A stretch of DNA of 42,017 nucleotides from a virus: positions 1 through 42,017 of the IMG/VR virus record IMGVR_UViG_3300045988_006872. One strand, given 5' to 3'. Below the pieces are notes generated by a model. That model was not told the origin of the DNA. It did no database searches and was given only the letters and a program-made list of their open reading frames with translations. The translations under genes and the position numbers were made by a program. This document shows, piece after piece, positions 38,965 to 42,017 of the stretch (the first letter of the stretch is position 1; each line of letters begins with the position of its first letter).

Positions 38965-40201
38965 TGTTCGGTTGTCAGAAAAAATCGGCCCTGCCTTTTA
39001 TAGTGTGGCGCGTGACGTATTCCGGCACGGCCATACACACTACGACGAGAGCGGCGGGCGCGGCTCCCTGAAATCCTCGTTTGTGTCCATTATCGTTCCG
39101 ACCCTGCTGATGCAGGAGGAAAACAAAAACTGTCATGCGTTGGTGCTTCGGAAGGTTGCGAATACCATTCGTGACAGCGTTTATGCACAGTATGTCTGGG
39201 CAATCGGGGAGCTCGGCGCGGCAGAATATTGGGAGGCGAAAGTCTCTCCGATGGAGCTGATTTATAAGCCTACAGGGCAGAAGATCATGTTCCGGGGCGC
39301 AGACGACCCGATGAAGATTAAATCCATCAAGGTCCCGTTTGGATATATTGCCGTGACGCACTTTGAAGAAAAAGACCAGTTCGCGGGGCGTGCGGAAATA
39401 CGAACGATTTTGCAGTCGACAATGCGCGGCGGCTCTAAGTTCTGGAACTTTGAAAGCTATAACCCGCCGATCAGCCGCGACAACTGGGCAAACAAGGACA
39501 GCTCGGAAGAACGAGCCGACCGGCTGTGCCACAAGTCCACGTATCTGCAAGCACCGCCTGAATGGCTGGGAGAACAGTTTCTTGCAGAAGCGGAACACCT
39601 GAAAGCCACAGATGATCGGGCGTATCAGCATGAATACCTCGGTGTCCCGGTCGGAACCGGCGGCAATGTGTTTGACAGGCTCGAACTTCGGGAGATCACG
39701 GACGAAGAAGTTTCCAGATTCGATAAAATCTATCAGGGCGTGGATTTCGGATGGTTCCCAGACCCATTTGCATTTATCCGGCTGCATTACGACAAGGCAA
39801 GGGAAACAATTTACCTGCTTGACGAGATATACCAGAATAAACTTTCGAACGAGCAGAGCGCGACGATAATCAAACAGCGAGGATATGGAAATGTGCGCGT
39901 CATCTGTGACAGCGCGGAGCCAAAGAGCGTGGCTGACCTACGAGCAATGGGATTGCCTGCGTATGAGGCGGTCAAGGGACCCGGCTCGGTCGAATACGGC
40001 ATGAAGTTCTTGCAGAGAAGAACGATTGTCATTGATAGAAAACGAACGCCACATGCCTACGATGAGTTCGTGGGCTACGAATATGAAAGAAACAAAGACG
40101 GCGATATTATCAGCGGATACCCGGACGCGAACAATCATCTGATTGACGCGACGCGGTACGCCTTAGAGCCTGTGAGCCGTAGAATGGGAGTTATTGCATG
40201 A
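38957..40201 (+). CDS. terL: Terminase large subunit (PBSX family)
   Basis: 414 aa. Walker A-like 'ESGGRGSLKS', 'IMFRGADDP' and nuclease-half motifs 'GVDFGW' and 'ICDSAEPKS'. Confidence 0.95.
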   Translation: MSDVRLSEKIGPAFYSVARDVFRHGHTHYDESGGRGSLKSSFVSIIVPTLLMQEENKNCHALVLRKVANTIRDSVYAQYVWAIGELGAAEYWEAKVSPMELIYKPTGQKIMFRGADDPMKIKSIKVPFGYIAVTHFEEKDQFAGRAEIRTILQSTMRGGSKFWNFESYNPPISRDNWANKDSSEERADRLCHKSTYLQAPPEWLGEQFLAEAEHLKATDDRAYQHEYLGVPVGTGGNVFDRLELREITDEEVSRFDKIYQGVDFGWFPDPFAFIRLHYDKARETIYLLDEIYQNKLSNEQSATIIKQRGYGNVRVICDSAEPKSVADLRAMGLPAYEAVKGPGSVEYGMKFLQRRTIVIDRKRTPHAYDEFVGYEYERNKDGDIISGYPDANNHLIDATRYALEPVSRRMGVIA

Positions 40202-41622
40202 CGGTTATCGATAAATTAAAGGAACTCGGGTATACGACAATCCCAGAGGAATTTTATACATACGTGTCCCTTTGGAAGTCGTGGTACGTCGGCAAAGTCA
40301 AGGGGTTCCATCAGTACCGGCGATATAACGGACATAAGTGGACAAAGTGCAACCGTGCAAGCCTCGGTATGGCGAAAAAGGTTTGTGAGGACTGGGCAAA
40401 CCTCCTGATGAATGAGAAGGTTCAGATTACGCTTGAAGGCCAGAAGGAGCAGGAGTTTATCGACAGAGTTCTGACGGCGAACAACTTCACGGTCAAGGCA
40501 AACGAAATGCAGGAAATGAAGTCAGCGCTCGGAACTGTGGCTTACATTCCTCGTGTGGTTGGGCAGGCCGTCAACGAAAGCGGTGAGATCGTGCCGGGGG
40601 ATGTTTCCGGCATCGAGCTGGACTATGTGACGATTGAGCACATCTTTCCGCTGGCTTGGCAGAACGGGTTTATCACAGAGTGCGCGTTCGACAGCGTGGT
40701 CACGCGAGCGGGAAAGAATTACCTGTACTTGCAGATCCATCGGAAGGACGAAAACGGTCTTTACGTCATCGAGAATAGTATTTACAGATACGAAAACGAG
40801 ACGTTTTCTGCAGCCCTGCTGACAGATGTTCCTGGGTTTGAGCGAATCCCACCGGTTGTGCATACAGGAAGCAACAAAAGACAGTTTGTCATTGACAGAC
40901 CGAATATCGCAAACAATCTTGACTATCTGCTTCCAGTCGGTATTCCTGTGTACGCAAATGCGATTGATGTTCTGCGCGGCGTTGACTGTGCCTATGACTG
41001 CTACGTCAACGAGTTCGAAAACGGCCCAATGATGATGATGGTCAAAATGCCCGCTACAAGGTGGGAGGACGACGAACCGACGCTTGACGACAACGACCGG
41101 CGTTTCTATCTGCTTCCAGAGGATACGCAGCAAGGAAACGTCGTAGATACGATTTCCCCGACGCTCAGAACTGAGCAGCTGAATGTAGGGCTTCAAGACC
41201 AACTGAACGTATTGTCCAGTAAGTGCGGCTTCGGAGAGACTTACTATCGTTTTGACGGCGGCAGCGTGGCAACAGCTACGCAGGTTATCAGCGAGAACAG
41301 CACCATGTTCCGCACGATCAAAAAGCATGAGATTGTGCTGGAGCAGGCGCTTGTGGAGCTGTGCCGTATTCTGCTTCGGCTGGGAAACACAGCTATGAAC
41401 GCCGGGCTGAATGAAGATGTGGAAATATCTATAGATTTCGATGACAGCATCATAGAAGACAAAGCTACTGATTTCTCCCGCGACATGCAGCTTCTCAGCG
41501 CAGGCATTATGAACGATTGGGAGTTCCGCATGAAGTGGATGAATGAGGACGAGGCGACCGCAAAGGCGGCTCTGCCGAAGATGCAGGAAATGACGACCGA
41601 AGGACAACAGGAGGTAGAGTAA
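40198..41622 (+). CDS. Portal protein (SPP1 Gp6-like)
   Basis: 474 aa, follows terL with an ATGA overlap. N-terminal 'IPEEFYTYVSLWKSWYVGKVKGFHQY' is typical of this portal family. Confidence 0.9.
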   Translation: MTVIDKLKELGYTTIPEEFYTYVSLWKSWYVGKVKGFHQYRRYNGHKWTKCNRASLGMAKKVCEDWANLLMNEKVQITLEGQKEQEFIDRVLTANNFTVKANEMQEMKSALGTVAYIPRVVGQAVNESGEIVPGDVSGIELDYVTIEHIFPLAWQNGFITECAFDSVVTRAGKNYLYLQIHRKDENGLYVIENSIYRYENETFSAALLTDVPGFERIPPVVHTGSNKRQFVIDRPNIANNLDYLLPVGIPVYANAIDVLRGVDCAYDCYVNEFENGPMMMMVKMPATRWEDDEPTLDDNDRRFYLLPEDTQQGNVVDTISPTLRTEQLNVGLQDQLNVLSSKCGFGETYYRFDGGSVATATQVISENSTMFRTIKKHEIVLEQALVELCRILLRLGNTAMNAGLNEDVEISIDFDDSIIEDKATDFSRDMQLLSAGIMNDWEFRMKWMNEDEATAKAALPKMQEMTTEGQQEVE

Positions 41623-42017
41623 TGGGCGGTAGAGGTGGAAGTGGAGCCGGTGGCGGCGCTGGAGCCGGAGAATTTGGGCGTGGGCGCGGTATGAGCCTTG
41701 CGCGCTTTTTGTCACAGCAGGATATTAACCGAGCAAACGCTGCGTCTGTCACTGATATGGGCGATATTATCAGGCGCACATTCGAGCGCAACGCTGCTGA
41801 AATCAATGGGCTTGAGCTGTCGGACGCTGAAAAGAAAGACGCAGTAAAGCAGATGGCAACTCTCGCAACAACGGCGCTAAAAACGGCGGCAGGAGCAGTC
41901 AATCCTTATGCAAGCGGGCCTGCGCGCCTGACAACGGCGCAGAAAACAGGAAGCGCCGCAGACAGAGCGGCGAGAGCGCGCGGTGAAATGGATAGCTACA
42001 TGCGGAAATTGCGTGAC
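41622..42017 (+). CDS. 5' part of the junction-spanning CDS (continues at nt 86-235 of the window)
   Basis: TAATG overlap with the portal stop. 'MGGRGGSGAGGGAGAGEFGRGRG...'. Open to the end of the window. Confidence 0.6.
   Translation, partial: MGGRGGSGAGGGAGAGEFGRGRGMSLARFLSQQDINRANAASVTDMGDIIRRTFERNAAEINGLELSDAEKKDAVKQMATLATTALKTAAGAVNPYASGPARLTTAQKTGSAADRAARARGEMDSYMRKLRD
41933..42017. repeat. Terminal direct repeat copy 2 (identical to 1-85)
   Basis: Direct comparison. Confidence 0.95.

Larger units (their letters stand above)
1..42017. mobile_element. Complete temperate siphovirus-type phage genome (circularly closed contig carrying integrase and attP)
   Basis: Canonical module order: terS-terL-portal-head-tail-fibres-lysis-cargo-attP-int-cI/cro-recombination/replication-late regulator. 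The two 85-bp ends are identical. Confidence 0.9.

Noticed and set aside
40522-41902. Minus-strand ORFs (397 aa and 131 aa) antisense to the portal and junction genes; the 238-aa ORF at 35251-35967 and the 318-aa ORF at 29616-30572 belong to the same class
   Set aside because: All overlap confidently assigned + strand genes (portal, RecT and others) and have low-complexity P/A/S/R-rich translations.
1-42017. CRISPR arrays, transposases/IS elements, rRNA genes, and known defence systems (RM with a REase, CBASS, retron, Gabija, Thoeris, Abi with recognisable domains)
   Set aside because: No regularly spaced repeat arrays are present. No DDE/serine recombinase is present other than the single tyrosine integrase. 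No nuclease, cyclase, TIR, SIR2 or RT-like ORFs appear among the translations. The methyltransferase is an orphan Dam-type with no adjacent endonuclease.

Overview
The window is a complete, circularly closed genome of a temperate siphovirus-type phage. Nt 1-85 are identical to nt 41933-42017, so the unique length is 41,932 bp. The host is probably a GC-rich Gram-positive, Clostridia-like bacterium, judged from pervasive GGAGG ribosome-binding sites, the protein families present and an attP built on a tRNA-Ser(GCU) 3' end. Nearly all genes are on the + strand; only the lysogeny genes (integrase to cI) are on the - strand.

Gene order:
- Packaging: small ORF, terS, terL (PBSX/headful type) and portal, 38355-41622.
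- Head module, which runs through the contig junction: a Gly-rich junction protein, a DUF4417-like protein, a minor capsid protein with a C-terminal extension, scaffold, a major capsid protein fused to an Ig-like Big_2 domain, and connectors.
- Tail: major tail protein, two chaperone-like genes, tape measure, tail tip.
- A long 6-kb fibre/receptor-binding locus, 12023-18200.
- Three small membrane proteins and an NlpC/P60-type endolysin.
- A 3.5-kb cargo island of seven genes with no recognisable function, 19764-23251.
- attP, a tyrosine integrase and a patchwork lysogeny region, ending in a divergent cI/cro switch with two TACGAA-N4-TTCGTA operators.
- Early genes: YqaJ exonuclease, RecT, SSB, a replication organiser with an internal iteron-like origin, Dam-type methyltransferase, a PAPS-reductase-like Fe-S protein, DUF551, a ThyX-like protein, a RuvC-like resolvase, DUF5664 and a late activator.

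I found no CRISPR array, reverse transcriptase, transposase or known multi-gene defence system. The best candidate for an undescribed system is the post-lysin cargo island. It holds a region-4-only sigma-like regulator, a standalone papain-like Cys-His protein, a Q/P/M-rich protein, a YjcZ-like transmembrane protein that is N/Q-rich with Cys clusters, a BclA-CTD/C1q-like protein and two small helical proteins. Secondary candidates are the possible toxin-like C-terminal cargo on the minor capsid protein, the Dam + PAPS-reductase + ThyX-like + DUF5664 nucleotide/DNA-modification genes, and the membrane-anchored regulators in the lysogeny region.

All family calls come from motifs read by eye in the supplied translations. 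No database search was run.
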